Shown: positions 1-9,073 of the stretch, piece after piece
Layout of the letters: each line of letters begins with the position of its first letter
Numbering within the stretch: position 1 is the first letter of the stretch
NCBI GenBank assembly: GCA_001822065.1
Contig: MHPJ01000026.1
Location: forward strand, 5,281 to 69,280
DNA: 64,000 bases
DNA from: Candidatus Staskawiczbacteria bacterium RIFOXYB1_FULL_37_44
Lineage (GTDB): Bacteria > Patescibacteriota > Minisyncoccia > Minisyncoccales > Staskawiczbacteraceae
Direction of reading: 5' to 3'
The notes under the pieces: model-generated
Seen by the model: only the letters and a program-made list of their open reading frames with translations
What the model was told of the DNA's origin: nothing
The model's database searches: none
Translations under genes and position numbers: made by a program

Positions 1-581
1 AGGCCTTAAAAGAAGAATACGAAAAATTGTCAAAGGAAATTTTCCCGGATTTAAGAATCACAATGCTTCATGGTAAAATGAAGGCTCCCGAAAAGGAAAG
101 AATAATGCTGGACTTTAAAAAGGGCGAAATAGATATTTTGCTTTCAACTTCTGTTGTTGAAGTTGGCGTTGATGTGCCTCGCGCCACTATAATGATGATT
201 GAGGGTGCAGAAAGATTTGGGCTTAGCCAGCTTCACCAATTTCGGGGCCGTGTCGGCAGAAGCGATATGCAAAGTTATTGTTTTTTATTTACCACAGACC
301 CAAGTATGCTAAACCGAAAAAGATTAAAAGCTTTGGTTGAGTCAAGCAATGGTTTTGAATTGGCAGAAAAAGATTTGGAAATCCGCGGTCCGGGCAGTTT
401 GTACGGCACACAGCAATCCGGCATTCCGGACATGGCAATGCAAGGCTTATCAAACATTTTTTTAGTTGAAAAAACAAGGGCAGCCGCCAAAGAAATTTTA
501 GAAAAAGACTCCGAGCTCAAAAATTATCCCCAACTCAAAGAGCGCTTAAAATTGTTCCAAACAAAAATCCACTTTGAATAA
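1..581 (+). CDS. recG: ATP-dependent DNA helicase RecG, C-terminal part (5' end lies outside the window)
   Basis: The frame is open from nt 3, so the listed TTG start at 27 is internal. Helicase C-terminal motifs are present (TSVVEVGVDVPRATIMMIEGAERFGLSQLHQFRGRVGR). Confidence 0.8.
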   Translation, partial: ALKEEYEKLSKEIFPDLRITMLHGKMKAPEKERIMLDFKKGEIDILLSTSVVEVGVDVPRATIMMIEGAERFGLSQLHQFRGRVGRSDMQSYCFLFTTDPSMLNRKRLKALVESSNGFELAEKDLEIRGPGSLYGTQQSGIPDMAMQGLSNIFLVEKTRAAAKEILEKDSELKNYPQLKERLKLFQTKIHFE

Positions 582-608
582 GCGGATTTTTTATTTATTT
601 AATTATTT

Positions 609-989
609 TTAATTACTTTTTGCCAATAAATCAATTCTATCTTCTATATGCTCCACCCGCGTTTTCAATTCACTGATTTCTTTCGGTTTATTACCTGAAA
701 TATCGTTTAGCTTTTTTAATATTTTTCCTTGGCTCGCCAAAACTTCATTTTTTAATTTAGTTAAATCATTTTTTGTTGCAAATTTTTCCAAATCTTTCTT
801 CGTGGAAAACTTTTTAAGATCGTCCTTTGTAGCAGTTTTTTTTAAATCTTTCTTCATCGCCAAAGTTTTTTCCATAAAAGGAAATAAAACTTCGTGGTTG
901 TATTTTACAAGGTCATTTAATGTCAGCGGTTTTATGTTATTATTTTCCATATTTTTATATTTCTTTAATTTGTTTATTATTTTTATCAA
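609..989 (-). CDS. hypothetical coiled-coil protein (K/E/D-rich)
   Basis: 126-aa ORF with no recognisable domain; repetitive KKDLKKF motifs. Confidence 0.35.
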   Translation of the reverse strand: MIKIINKLKKYKNMENNNIKPLTLNDLVKYNHEVLFPFMEKTLAMKKDLKKTATKDDLKKFSTKKDLEKFATKNDLTKLKNEVLASQGKILKKLNDISGNKPKEISELKTRVEHIEDRIDLLAKSN

Positions 990-1137
990 TAAGTTTATGT
1001 TTTTTTAAAAAATTTAAAATCGGCTTGCCACAATCATAACACAATTCTACGGCTGGACGTAAAATATAATCCGTTCCCGCAATAATGCGCTCTTTATCAA
1101 TTTCTTTCTTGCAAAAATCACATTTATGCACATTCAT
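955..1137 (-). CDS. small Cys4 zinc-ribbon protein
   Basis: 60-aa ORF with CDFC...CYDC pattern; 3' end overlaps the preceding ORF. Confidence 0.3.
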   Translation of the reverse strand: MNVHKCDFCKKEIDKERIIAGTDYILRPAVELCYDCGKPILNFLKKHKLIDKNNKQIKEI

Positions 1138-1184
1138 AAGTCTATTATATTCCCGTAAAAGTTGATGTCAATAAGTAAATAAAT

Positions 1185-1212
1185 CTGGATTCCCGCTTTC
1201 GCGGGAATGACA
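1185..1212. repeat. family A palindromic element (CTGGATTCCCGCTTTCGCGGGAATGACA), intergenic copy
   Basis: Exact core is repeated 10 or more times in the window, with 8-bp stem ATTCCCGC/GCGGGAAT. Confidence 0.9.
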
Positions 1213-1221
1213 TGAGAAAAT

Positions 1222-2781
1222 TTATTTTCTGACTTTTTCAGTTACCCAAAATCCCATATAACGACCAAGCGCCAAGCGTATTTGAGCGTCTAAAGCCGGT
1301 AAAGATCCGAACAAAATTAAAGTTACTGGCAAAAATATCCATTGCAAAAAAACAGTGGATTTTTTAAACCATCTCAAATACCATTTCATTGTTTTTGGAA
1401 CTGGCGGGAGGAGCCAAGTGCTCAAAATTGCCGACACAAACATTCCCACCATTGAAATGGTCATAATTTGGCTGGTTAAAATTGGCAAGTTAAAAGATAA
1501 AACCGTAAAGTTGAATTTTTTTCCGCCCAAAAGTATCGGCAGCCAGCCTAATAAAAACAATAAAATAGCCGCCGTAGCCCAAGACCAAAATCCGTCTAAA
1601 ATTGTGTAAAGATGCCCGATTTTTTCCCGCAGAGATATTTTCTTATTATTTAAAAAACCAAACATCATATATGGAATTTCGGCTACGCCCCATGCCCAGC
1701 GCTTTTGCTGTTTGTACTGGTTTATTATTGTCCGCCATAAATTTTTTGCCATAACAGCGTCCATTGAAGCCAAATAATACATTGGAACTACCCGGTAATT
1801 TCCGTCATAATTTAAGTATGCTTTCCAAAAAATTCGCGAATCATCCATAACCACATTAAACGGATATCCCACCTCAAAAAAAACTTTGCCTGGCGTTGAA
1901 TGCGAAGAATAAGTAGTAAGCTTTTCCGATCTCTCCTGTTGTATCATTTGCCAAAAAGTATTTGAAGTTGAAACCACGCGCGCAAAAGCTGAAGCTGACC
2001 AAATATTATTGTTGTAAACCGGCACTGGCTGGTAGCTGGTATTTTCGGGATTTTCTTCTGTCAAATAGTGCCATGTTAAGCAAGAGAAATATTGTGGGAA
2101 AACTTTTGTATCAATATCAAAAGTTGAAACCAAGATATTTTCGTAAGGAATTTTTAATTTATCAACAATCTTTTCTTTTACTTCTCTGCCCGCAAAAGCA
2201 GTGTTTGATCCTTTTCCAGCAATTTCGCCTTTTGAATTTTCAGGATGAATTGAAATCAAAAATTTAAAAAAACTTCCGGAATATTTTTTGGCAACAGCTC
2301 TTGCCTGTTTTTCAAATTTTTCTCCGGCGCGTTCTTCAACTGCCAAAACCACTATCATTTTTTCTTTTGGATATTCGGATTTAATTATTGATTCTATGCT
2401 TTCTTCAATAATTTCTTGCGACTCTTTATATGTTGGCAGAATAATTATGTGGCAAATATTTTTCCACTTCGGCCTGCCGGAGCCTTGGCGAAGGTGGCGC
2501 AACTCCGCCAGCCAATTTATTTTCATATTTTTTTTAACCCTTAAATAACCGAAAATCTGGTGCATTGAAAAATAAAATATTCTGAAAAGATAGTAAAAAC
2601 AAAAACAGATAATAAATATTGCCACCCAGGAAGGCTCGATCCAAGAAAAAACAAAAACACTAAAAAGTGTGCCCAAACTCAGAATTGCCGGAATCATTTC
2701 AAAAAACCTATACAACCACCTCTCTTTACGGTTTTTTATGTCGTTGGCTTTTGAGATATTTAAATACTCGCTCTTTTCCAT
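1222..2781 (-). CDS. membrane glycosyltransferase family 2 (start trimmed to MEKSEYLN)
   Basis: Multi-TM N-terminus and a GT2-like core (IIILPTYKESQEI...). The longer listed ORF runs through the tRNA-Glu gene, so its N-terminus is rejected. Contains an in-frame family F GC-rich insert at about 2463-2497. Confidence 0.6.
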   Translation of the reverse strand: MEKSEYLNISKANDIKNRKERWLYRFFEMIPAILSLGTLFSVFVFSWIEPSWVAIFIICFCFYYLFRIFYFSMHQIFGYLRVKKNMKINWLAELRHLRQGSGRPKWKNICHIIILPTYKESQEIIEESIESIIKSEYPKEKMIVVLAVEERAGEKFEKQARAVAKKYSGSFFKFLISIHPENSKGEIAGKGSNTAFAGREVKEKIVDKLKIPYENILVSTFDIDTKVFPQYFSCLTWHYLTEENPENTSYQPVPVYNNNIWSASAFARVVSTSNTFWQMIQQERSEKLTTYSSHSTPGKVFFEVGYPFNVVMDDSRIFWKAYLNYDGNYRVVPMYYLASMDAVMAKNLWRTIINQYKQQKRWAWGVAEIPYMMFGFLNNKKISLREKIGHLYTILDGFWSWATAAILLFLLGWLPILLGGKKFNFTVLSFNLPILTSQIMTISMVGMFVSAILSTWLLPPVPKTMKWYLRWFKKSTVFLQWIFLPVTLILFGSLPALDAQIRLALGRYMGFWVTEKVRK

Positions 2782-2783
2782 AG

Positions 2784-2858
2784 TGGCCCCAACCGGATTT
2801 GAACCGGTGTTCTTGGCTTGAAAAGCCAGTGTACTAGACCAGGCTATACGATGGGGCC
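2784..2858 (-). tRNA. tRNA-Glu (anticodon UUC)
   Basis: Reverse complement folds as a cloverleaf: acceptor GGCCCCA/TGGGGCC, anticodon loop TTTTCAA, T-loop TTCAAAT, discriminator A, no encoded CCA. Confidence 0.8.
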
Positions 2859-2918
2859 GGATATTTTTTACTCTATCACAAAATTGATTTTTTTCAAGTT
2901 TTAGGTTAAAAACAACAT

Positions 2919-4070
2919 ATGAAAATACTTGCAATAGAAACATCTTGCGATGATACCGGAGTGGCAATTTTAGAAGTATCGAACCCGCCTTCGCAAAGTT
3001 TCGGCGAGGCAAGGCCCGTTTTTAGCGTTTTATCAAATAAAATTGCTTCGCAAATTGAAATTGGAAAAAAATACGGAGGAGTTTATCCGATGATGGCAAA
3101 AAGAGAGCATGAAAAAAATTTGGCGCCAACTTTACAGACAGCATTAAAAGAAGCAAAAGTAATAGAAAAAGGTATAAACTTAATTGCGGTTACAAACGGG
3201 CCGGGGCTGGAGCCTTGTTTGTGGGTTGGAGTAAATTTTGCAAAAGATTTGGCAAAAAAATGGAATATTCCAATAGTTCCTGTAAATCACATCGAGTCCC
3301 ACATCTTGGTAAACTTACTGTCATTGCGAGGAGGACAGCAGTCCGACGTGGCAATCCAGTTCCCAGCAATCGCACTTGTTGTAAGCGGCGGGCACACACA
3401 ATTAATTTTGGTTGAAAAAATAAAAAAATATAAAATTCTTGGCGAAACAAGAGATGATGCGGCCGGAGAATGTTTTGATAAATGCGCAAAAATTTTAGGA
3501 TTGGAATATCCGGGTGGTCCAATTATTTCCCAGCTCGCCTCAAACGCTGTCATTCCCAGCTTGACTGGGAATCCAGAGTCCGTGCACAAACCCCTAGATT
3601 CCCGCTTTCGCGGGAATGACATACATCTTCCCAGACCAATGCTTAACACAAAAGATTATGATTTTAGTTTCTCCGGTTTAAAAACCGCCGTTCTGTATCA
3701 CCACAAAAAACAAGATGAAAAAACACAGAAATCAAAAAAATATATTGCAGAAATGGCAGCAGAAATACAGCAAGCCATAATTGATGTTTTGCTAAAAAAA
3801 ACAATAAAAGCCGCAAAAGATTATAAAGTAAAATCAATAATTCTGGGCGGAGGCGTTTCAGCCAACACAGAACTTCGCAAACAATTTCAGTCTGCCGCAT
3901 ATCGTCATTGCAAGGGCGAAGCCCGAAGCAATCTACGCCTAATTTATCCTCCGACAGATTTAAGCACAGATAACGCAGTAATGACCGCCATCACCGGCTA
4001 TTTCCATCGCAATAAAAAAACCGCCTGGCGCAAACTCAAAGCTGACGCTAATTTACGAATCGGAGAATAA
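2919..4070 (+). CDS. tsaD: tRNA N6-adenosine threonylcarbamoyltransferase TsaD (Kae1/YgjD family) carrying three in-frame repeat-derived insertions
   Basis: MKILAIETSCDDTGVAI, VSGGHT and SGGV motifs. About 45 aa longer than typical; the extra segments map onto family A/B repeats at 3318-3358, 3547-3623 and 3903-3933. Confidence 0.85.
   Translation: MKILAIETSCDDTGVAILEVSNPPSQSFGEARPVFSVLSNKIASQIEIGKKYGGVYPMMAKREHEKNLAPTLQTALKEAKVIEKGINLIAVTNGPGLEPCLWVGVNFAKDLAKKWNIPIVPVNHIESHILVNLLSLRGGQQSDVAIQFPAIALVVSGGHTQLILVEKIKKYKILGETRDDAAGECFDKCAKILGLEYPGGPIISQLASNAVIPSLTGNPESVHKPLDSRFRGNDIHLPRPMLNTKDYDFSFSGLKTAVLYHHKKQDEKTQKSKKYIAEMAAEIQQAIIDVLLKKTIKAAKDYKVKSIILGGGVSANTELRKQFQSAAYRHCKGEARSNLRLIYPPTDLSTDNAVMTAITGYFHRNKKTAWRKLKADANLRIGE
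3318..3358. repeat. family B half-element inside tsaD, in frame (encodes SLRGGQQSDVAIQ)
   Basis: GTCATTGCGAGGAGG...GACGTGGCAATCCAG. Confidence 0.8.
3547..3623. repeat. composite family A-variant plus A element inside tsaD, in frame (encodes ...SLTGNPESVHKPLDSRFRGNDIH)
   Basis: GTCATTCCCAGCTTGACTGGGAATCCAGAGT followed by CTAGATTCCCGCTTTCGCGGGAATGACA. Confidence 0.8.
3903..3933. repeat. family B-like element inside tsaD, in frame (encodes YRHCKGEARSN)
   Basis: CGTCATTGCAAGGGCGAAGCCCGAAGCAATC. Confidence 0.6.
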
Positions 4071-4096
4071 ATGCTAAAATTATAAAATAATAAACT

Positions 4097-6211
4097 ATGG
4101 AATTGCCCTCGCAATATAATGCAAAAGATGTAGAGGATAAAATTTATAAACTCTGGGAAGAGAGCGGTTTTTTTAATCCCGATAATTTACCTATCAATAA
4201 AATTCGAAATTCGAAATTAAAAATTCGAAATTTCTGTATTATAATGCCTCCAGCAAACGCCAACGGAAATCTGCACGCAGGACATGCTTTGGTTATGACG
4301 ATTGAAGACATTATGACCCGATATAAAAGAATGCGCGGATTTAAAACTTTATGGCTTCCTGGGCTAGATCATGCCGGTTTTGAAACTCAAGTTGTTTACG
4401 AAAAAAAACTTGAAAAAGAAGGAAGATCTCGCTTTCAAATTGAACCTGAACAACTTTACAAAGAAATTTTTGAATTTACAGAAAATAACAAAAAAAACAT
4501 CAAAAACCATGTTAAAAAAATGGGAGCCAGTTGTGACTGGTCCCGTGAAAAATTTACATTGGACAAAGATATTATAAAAGTTGTATATGAAACTTTTGAA
4601 AAATTAAAAAAAGACAAATTAGTTTACAGGGGTAAAAAAATAATCAATTGGTGTCCAAAACACCAAACTTCCCTTTCAGATCTAGAAACCAGCGACACGG
4701 AAAAAACAGACAAATTTTATTATTTAAAATATGGCCCCTTTACAATTGCCACAGCCAGGCCCGAAACAAAATTTGGCGACAAATATGTTGTAATGCATCC
4801 AAAAGATAAAAGATACAAAGATTACACGCATGGCCAAAAAATAGAACTGGAATGGATAAACGGTAAAATTACTGCAACAATTATAAAAGACGAGGCTATT
4901 GATATAGATTTTGGAACCGGAGTTATGACAATTACTCCGTGGCACGACGCAACCGATTTTGAAATTGCTGAAAGGCACAATTTGGATAAAGAGCAAATTA
5001 TAGATTTTTATGGAAAACTTTTGCCAATTGCCGAAGAATTTTCGGGAATGAAAATTTTAGAAGCCCGGGCAAAAATTATTGAAAAACTTCAGTCAAAAGG
5101 CTTGGTTGAAAAAATTGAAGAAAATTACAAACACATTGTTAAAACTTGCTACAAATGCAATTCTTTAATAGAACCTCAAATAAAAGAGCAGTGGTTTTTA
5201 AAAATGAAACCCTTGGCAGCGCCTGCCATAAAAGCAATTGAAAAAAACCAAATAAAATTTATTCCAAGCCACTACAAAAAGATTGCCATGCATTGGCTGA
5301 AAAATATTATTGATTGGAACATTTCACGGCAAATTGTTTGGGGAATTCCTATTCCCGGAGATGAAGAAGGCCAAGTTTTTGACACGTGGTTTTCTTCCGG
5401 ACAATGGCCATATGCTACACTAAAAACAACAGGAAAAAATGATTTTAAAACTTTTTTTCCAACAGATGTTATGGAAACCGGCGGCGATATAATTTTTTTC
5501 TGGGTCTCAAGAATGATTATGCTTTCGCTTTACACAACAAAAAAAATTCCTTTTAAAAATGTTTATTTGCACGGGATGGTTTTAGACGCCAAAGGCCAAA
5601 AAATGTCTAAAAGCAAAGGTAACGTAATAAACCCCTTAGAACTAGCAGAAAAATATGGCGCTGATGCTTTGCGCATGGGATTGGTGGTTGGGAATACTCC
5701 CGGCACTTCCCTGCCGCTGGATGAAAATAAAATAAAAGGCTATAGAAATTTTGCCAATAAAATTTGGAACGCGTCACGGTTTGTTTTGCAGCAAACCGCG
5801 GAAGTGTCATTGCGAGGAGGGAGCGAAGCGACTGACGTGGCAATCCAGAGTAATAGATTGCCACGTCGCTCCGCTCCTCGCAATGACAGACTAACAAAAA
5901 AAGATAAGAGAATATTGAACGATTTTAAAAAACAAGCAAAAGAAATTACAAAAGATATGGACAATTACAGGTTTTATTCTGCCGCTGAAAAAATTTATCA
6001 TTATTTTTGGCACACATTCTGCGACAAAATTATTGAAGACAGTAAAAAGGGAGAAGTTTCGCAAGCAACGCTTTTGGAAATTTTGACAGATTGTTTAAAA
6101 ATACTCCATCCATTTATGCCCTTTATAACCGAAGAAATCTATCAGCAGTTGCCTCCGCCAGCTGGCGGAAAAAAACAAAAGTGTTTAATGATTGAAAAAT
6201 GGATTTTGTAA
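4097..6211 (+). CDS. valS: class I aminoacyl-tRNA synthetase, ValS-like (valyl-tRNA synthetase)
   Basis: PPANANGNLHAGHA (HIGH-type) and KMSKSKGNV (KMSKS) motifs. Also carries in-frame inserts: TTCGAAA heptamer repeats at 4199-4233, family B at 5805-5888, and a CCGCCAGCTGGCGG palindrome at 6155-6168. Confidence 0.6.
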   Translation: MELPSQYNAKDVEDKIYKLWEESGFFNPDNLPINKIRNSKLKIRNFCIIMPPANANGNLHAGHALVMTIEDIMTRYKRMRGFKTLWLPGLDHAGFETQVVYEKKLEKEGRSRFQIEPEQLYKEIFEFTENNKKNIKNHVKKMGASCDWSREKFTLDKDIIKVVYETFEKLKKDKLVYRGKKIINWCPKHQTSLSDLETSDTEKTDKFYYLKYGPFTIATARPETKFGDKYVVMHPKDKRYKDYTHGQKIELEWINGKITATIIKDEAIDIDFGTGVMTITPWHDATDFEIAERHNLDKEQIIDFYGKLLPIAEEFSGMKILEARAKIIEKLQSKGLVEKIEENYKHIVKTCYKCNSLIEPQIKEQWFLKMKPLAAPAIKAIEKNQIKFIPSHYKKIAMHWLKNIIDWNISRQIVWGIPIPGDEEGQVFDTWFSSGQWPYATLKTTGKNDFKTFFPTDVMETGGDIIFFWVSRMIMLSLYTTKKIPFKNVYLHGMVLDAKGQKMSKSKGNVINPLELAEKYGADALRMGLVVGNTPGTSLPLDENKIKGYRNFANKIWNASRFVLQQTAEVSLRGGSEATDVAIQSNRLPRRSAPRNDRLTKKDKRILNDFKKQAKEITKDMDNYRFYSAAEKIYHYFWHTFCDKIIEDSKKGEVSQATLLEILTDCLKILHPFMPFITEEIYQQLPPPAGGKKQKCLMIEKWIL
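4199..4233. repeat. tandem ATTCGAA heptamer repeats in frame in valS (encode RNSKLKIRN)
   Basis: Copies of the TTCGAA palindrome; the same repeat sits inside murE at 28269-28298. Confidence 0.7.
5805..5888. repeat. family B full palindromic element (84 bp), in frame in valS (encodes SLRGGSEATDVAIQSNRLPRRSAPRNDR)
   Basis: Long inverted repeat GTCATTGCGAGGAGGGAGCGAAGCGACTGACGTGGCAATC ... GATTGCCACGTCGCTCCGCTCCTCGCAATGAC. 84 bp equals 28 codons. Confidence 0.9.
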
Positions 6212-6936
6212 TAATACTTTACATAATTTTTGGCATACTCCCTTCTTTAGCTTGGCTTTCCTATTATTTAAGGAAAGACGCGCACCCTGAACCCAAGGGA
6301 ATGATTTTAAAAATATTCTTATGGGGCGCGCTGATAACCGTGCCGGTGTTTTTTGTGCAAATTGGGCTTTCGTATTTGCTTGGAAAAATTAATCTAAGCC
6401 CTTTGTTAAATTCTTTAATATATTGGTTTTTAGTGATTGCTTTTTCCGAAGAATTTTTTAAATTTCTGGTAATAAAATTTCGCGTAATAAACAGCCCGCA
6501 CTTGGACGAACCATTAGATATTATGCTTTATATGGTTATTGCCGCTCTTGGCTTTGCCGCCTTAGAAAACATTCTTTATTTATTTGCGCCAATAGGCGAA
6601 ATGTCTTTTAACCAGCTAATTGATCGCACTTTAATTATAAGTTTTATAAGATTTATAGGGGCGACTTTTTTGCACACTTTATGCTCGGCGGTTGTTGGGT
6701 ATTCATTGGCTATTTCTTTTTGCCAGGCAAAAAGAAAATATGCGCCCATTGCAATTGGTTTAATTACAGCTACCCTCTTGCACGGAGCCTATGATTTTTC
6801 TATAATGACATTAGACGGGTACGCAAAATTTTTAATTCCCGTAATTATTATTATAACTCTTGCTGTTTTAGTTTTTTCAGGGTTTGACAAACTCAAAAAA
6901 ATGAAAAGCACATGCAAGTTAAATTTAATTAAATAA
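6199..6936 (+). CDS. PrsW/CPBP-type intramembrane metalloprotease family membrane protein
   Basis: Multi-TM with EEFFKF (EExxK), FLHTLCSA and HGAYDF motifs. Confidence 0.5.
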   Translation: MDFVIILYIIFGILPSLAWLSYYLRKDAHPEPKGMILKIFLWGALITVPVFFVQIGLSYLLGKINLSPLLNSLIYWFLVIAFSEEFFKFLVIKFRVINSPHLDEPLDIMLYMVIAALGFAALENILYLFAPIGEMSFNQLIDRTLIISFIRFIGATFLHTLCSAVVGYSLAISFCQAKRKYAPIAIGLITATLLHGAYDFSIMTLDGYAKFLIPVIIIITLAVLVFSGFDKLKKMKSTCKLNLIK

Positions 6937-6942
6937 AATAAT

Positions 6943-7368
6943 ATGGCAAAAAAAATATCCGCCCAAGGCGGACCCGCCTCGGGCGGGAAAGCAGAAGAAA
7001 AAAAAGAAATGCCGGTTGGTTCGGGAGAAATTTTCGACCAAGAAGGAGAATTAGTTGTTGATGTTTTTGAAACCGGCGCGGAGTTTGTTGTTTCTTCGGC
7101 AATTGCCGGAGTGCAAATTAAAGATTTGGACATATCCTTGGAAAAAGATATGATGGTAATTAAAGGAACTCGTTGCGACCCGCACGAGCATAATGATAAA
7201 AAATATTTTTACCAGGAATGTTATTGGGGCCCTTTTTCCAGAAAAATTATATTGCCTGAAAATATAGACATAGACAAGGCAGACGCGCAAATGGACAAAG
7301 GAGTTTTAACAATTAAAATCCCCAAAAACGAAACAGCCCCAAATAAAATCGGCATAAAAGTAAGCTAA
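6943..7368 (+). CDS. Hsp20/alpha-crystallin family small heat-shock protein
   Basis: ACD-like segments VDVFETGAEFVV...VIKG...GVLTIKIPK. Confidence 0.6.
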   Translation: MAKKISAQGGPASGGKAEEKKEMPVGSGEIFDQEGELVVDVFETGAEFVVSSAIAGVQIKDLDISLEKDMMVIKGTRCDPHEHNDKKYFYQECYWGPFSRKIILPENIDIDKADAQMDKGVLTIKIPKNETAPNKIGIKVS

Positions 7369-7377
7369 TTTAAAAAT

Positions 7378-7734
7378 ATGACAGAAGCAACTCTTACAAA
7401 AAAAGATATCAAAGAACTTTTGGGCGACCAAACAAAACAAATTGAACAACGGTTATCGGATCAAACAAAACAAATTGAACAACGGTTATCGGATCAAACA
7501 AAACAAATTGAACAACGGTTATCGGATCAAACGGATGTTATTTTGACTGCTGTTGATGAAAGAATAAAAGCTCTGGATTTAAAATTTACTGAGAAATTTG
7601 ATAAACTTACTACTACTCTTGATAATTTTTTAAAAAGAATGACAGATATTGAAGACGAGTTTACAATGATGCGCAACGATATAAACAGAATTAAAAAAGC
7701 TATCAAAGAAAAACTCGGCGTAGAACTATTTTAA
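7378..7734 (+). CDS. hypothetical coiled-coil protein containing three perfect 33-nt tandem repeats (DQTKQIEQRLS x3)
   Basis: Triplicated repeat at 7426-7524. Confidence 0.4.
   Translation: MTEATLTKKDIKELLGDQTKQIEQRLSDQTKQIEQRLSDQTKQIEQRLSDQTDVILTAVDERIKALDLKFTEKFDKLTTTLDNFLKRMTDIEDEFTMMRNDINRIKKAIKEKLGVELF
7426..7524. repeat. 3 x 33-nt perfect tandem repeat (in frame)
   Basis: gatcaaacaaaacaaattgaacaacggttatcg repeated three times. Confidence 0.9.
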
Positions 7735-7807
7735 ACTTTTAAGTTTATAAATAAAAAATCACTATTAAAATTCAGTGATTTTTTATTACTATCCAAAATT
7801 TTTATTG

Positions 7808-7889
7808 TGCCGGCGGTGGGACTCGAACCCACAACTCTTGCGAGATTAGTTCCTAAAACTAACGCGTATTCCAATTCCGCCACGCCGGC
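7808..7889 (-). tRNA. tRNA-Leu (anticodon UAG), type II with long variable arm
   Basis: Reverse complement: acceptor GCCGGCG/CGCCGGC, anticodon loop TTTAGGA, T-arm GTGGGTTCGAGTCCCAC; 82 nt. Confidence 0.8.
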
Positions 7890-7931
7890 GTAAATTAACA
7901 TAATTATAGCTGTAAGTGAAAAAGTAGTAAA

Positions 7932-8215
7932 GGGATTGACAATGCATACTCTTATATGCTATAATAAATTTAGTACAGGTTTGAGTTGCCAAATGTCTTC
8001 CAAACGATTTTGTTTATGGTTTGCGGGCGAAAATTTGGAATTATGAGGAGGTTTATCAACGAAGTGATAAGCCGACGAGTAATTGCAAATTTACAGCCCA
8101 AAACATTACAAAAGAGTTGAAGGTCATTTGGCAATTCAAACCGTTGGCTCATTGAAAATGGTTGAATTTCTATTTCAGCACAAGGAGTGCAGGGACAGCT
8201 GTTTTACGGTGAGCT
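7932..8215 (+). promoter_or_regulatory. promoter (TTGACA/TATAAT) plus conserved leader, copy 1; interrupted by a roughly 135-bp insertion bounded by TTGCCAAATG/CATTTGGCAA
   Basis: Shares several near-identical motif blocks (listed under the copy-2 entry) with the region upstream of the 10331 gene. Confidence 0.55.
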
Positions 8216-8998
8216 TTGGAGGGTTTAGAGATGCGTAATTTCTATCTGATGGTTGTGGTGGCGATGGTGGTTTGCTTGGCGGGTTGCAATTGGTTCGGTC
8301 CAGACGCGGCGCATGACCAGTCCGTCGCCAGGGAAGCTCGGGCCAACGAAAGGGCGCAGATTGACGTAGCTATCGCCGAGGATCTCCGCCAAAAGGAAGC
8401 GGCCCGGAAATCAGCCGAGGAATATCGGCGGACTCATGAAACGCTGGAAGAGGTGGCGCTCGTGCAAGGAACGCATGCCACCAACTCCTGTTCCATCCAG
8501 ATCGTTCGGAAAGACACCCCAATCAACGTACGCGCCGGTAAATGTGCCGACATTTACGAAACTGGGGAGGCCGTCCAAAAAAGGCTTGCGGGCCAAGCTG
8601 TGCTTGACGATGTTCGGCTAAAGGGCTTGCAGGACGAGATGGCCCGAGCCGAAACGGTTCGTGAGGAAAAACAGCGGGAAGTCGACGACCTCAAGGCAAC
8701 GATTGGCGAAATGAAAAAGTCTTTGGCCGTCGCCGAAGCACAAGCCAAGGCCGATCGACAGAACGCCGAGCTCGCTAATGAGATTGCCCTACAAAGGCAA
8801 GTCCTTGGCGCAGCACAAACCAATCTAGCCGAGAAAACCGCGGCGCTCGCTAAGAAAGAGGCGGAGATGGCCGCCGTAAACGCCAAACTGGACAAAATCC
8901 AGAAAGACGTGAACGCGCCGATGCGGGTTTCCGTTAAGGACACCGACGCATGCGGTCGGGAAACAAACTGGACAATGGATCTCCGGAAGGCCAACTAG
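8216..8998 (+). CDS. high-GC lipoprotein-signal coiled-coil protein (hypothetical)
   Basis: GC content is far above the surrounding DNA; LAGC lipobox; long coiled coil; terminator hairpin plus T-run at about 9027-9072. Confidence 0.5.
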   Translation: MEGLEMRNFYLMVVVAMVVCLAGCNWFGPDAAHDQSVAREARANERAQIDVAIAEDLRQKEAARKSAEEYRRTHETLEEVALVQGTHATNSCSIQIVRKDTPINVRAGKCADIYETGEAVQKRLAGQAVLDDVRLKGLQDEMARAETVREEKQREVDDLKATIGEMKKSLAVAEAQAKADRQNAELANEIALQRQVLGAAQTNLAEKTAALAKKEAEMAAVNAKLDKIQKDVNAPMRVSVKDTDACGRETNWTMDLRKAN

Positions 8999-9073
8999 GT
9001 CATCGCAGTTGCGCAACGCGCGCAAGACGGATAGGCCCGAGGTTCTCAATTTGAGAATCCCGGGTCTCTTTTT

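Noticed and set aside
2782-3012. N-terminal 77 residues of the 1222-3012 ORF
   Set aside because: The region is occupied by tRNA-Glu (2784-2858) on the same strand and overlaps the tsaD start, so the CDS was trimmed to the Met at 2781.
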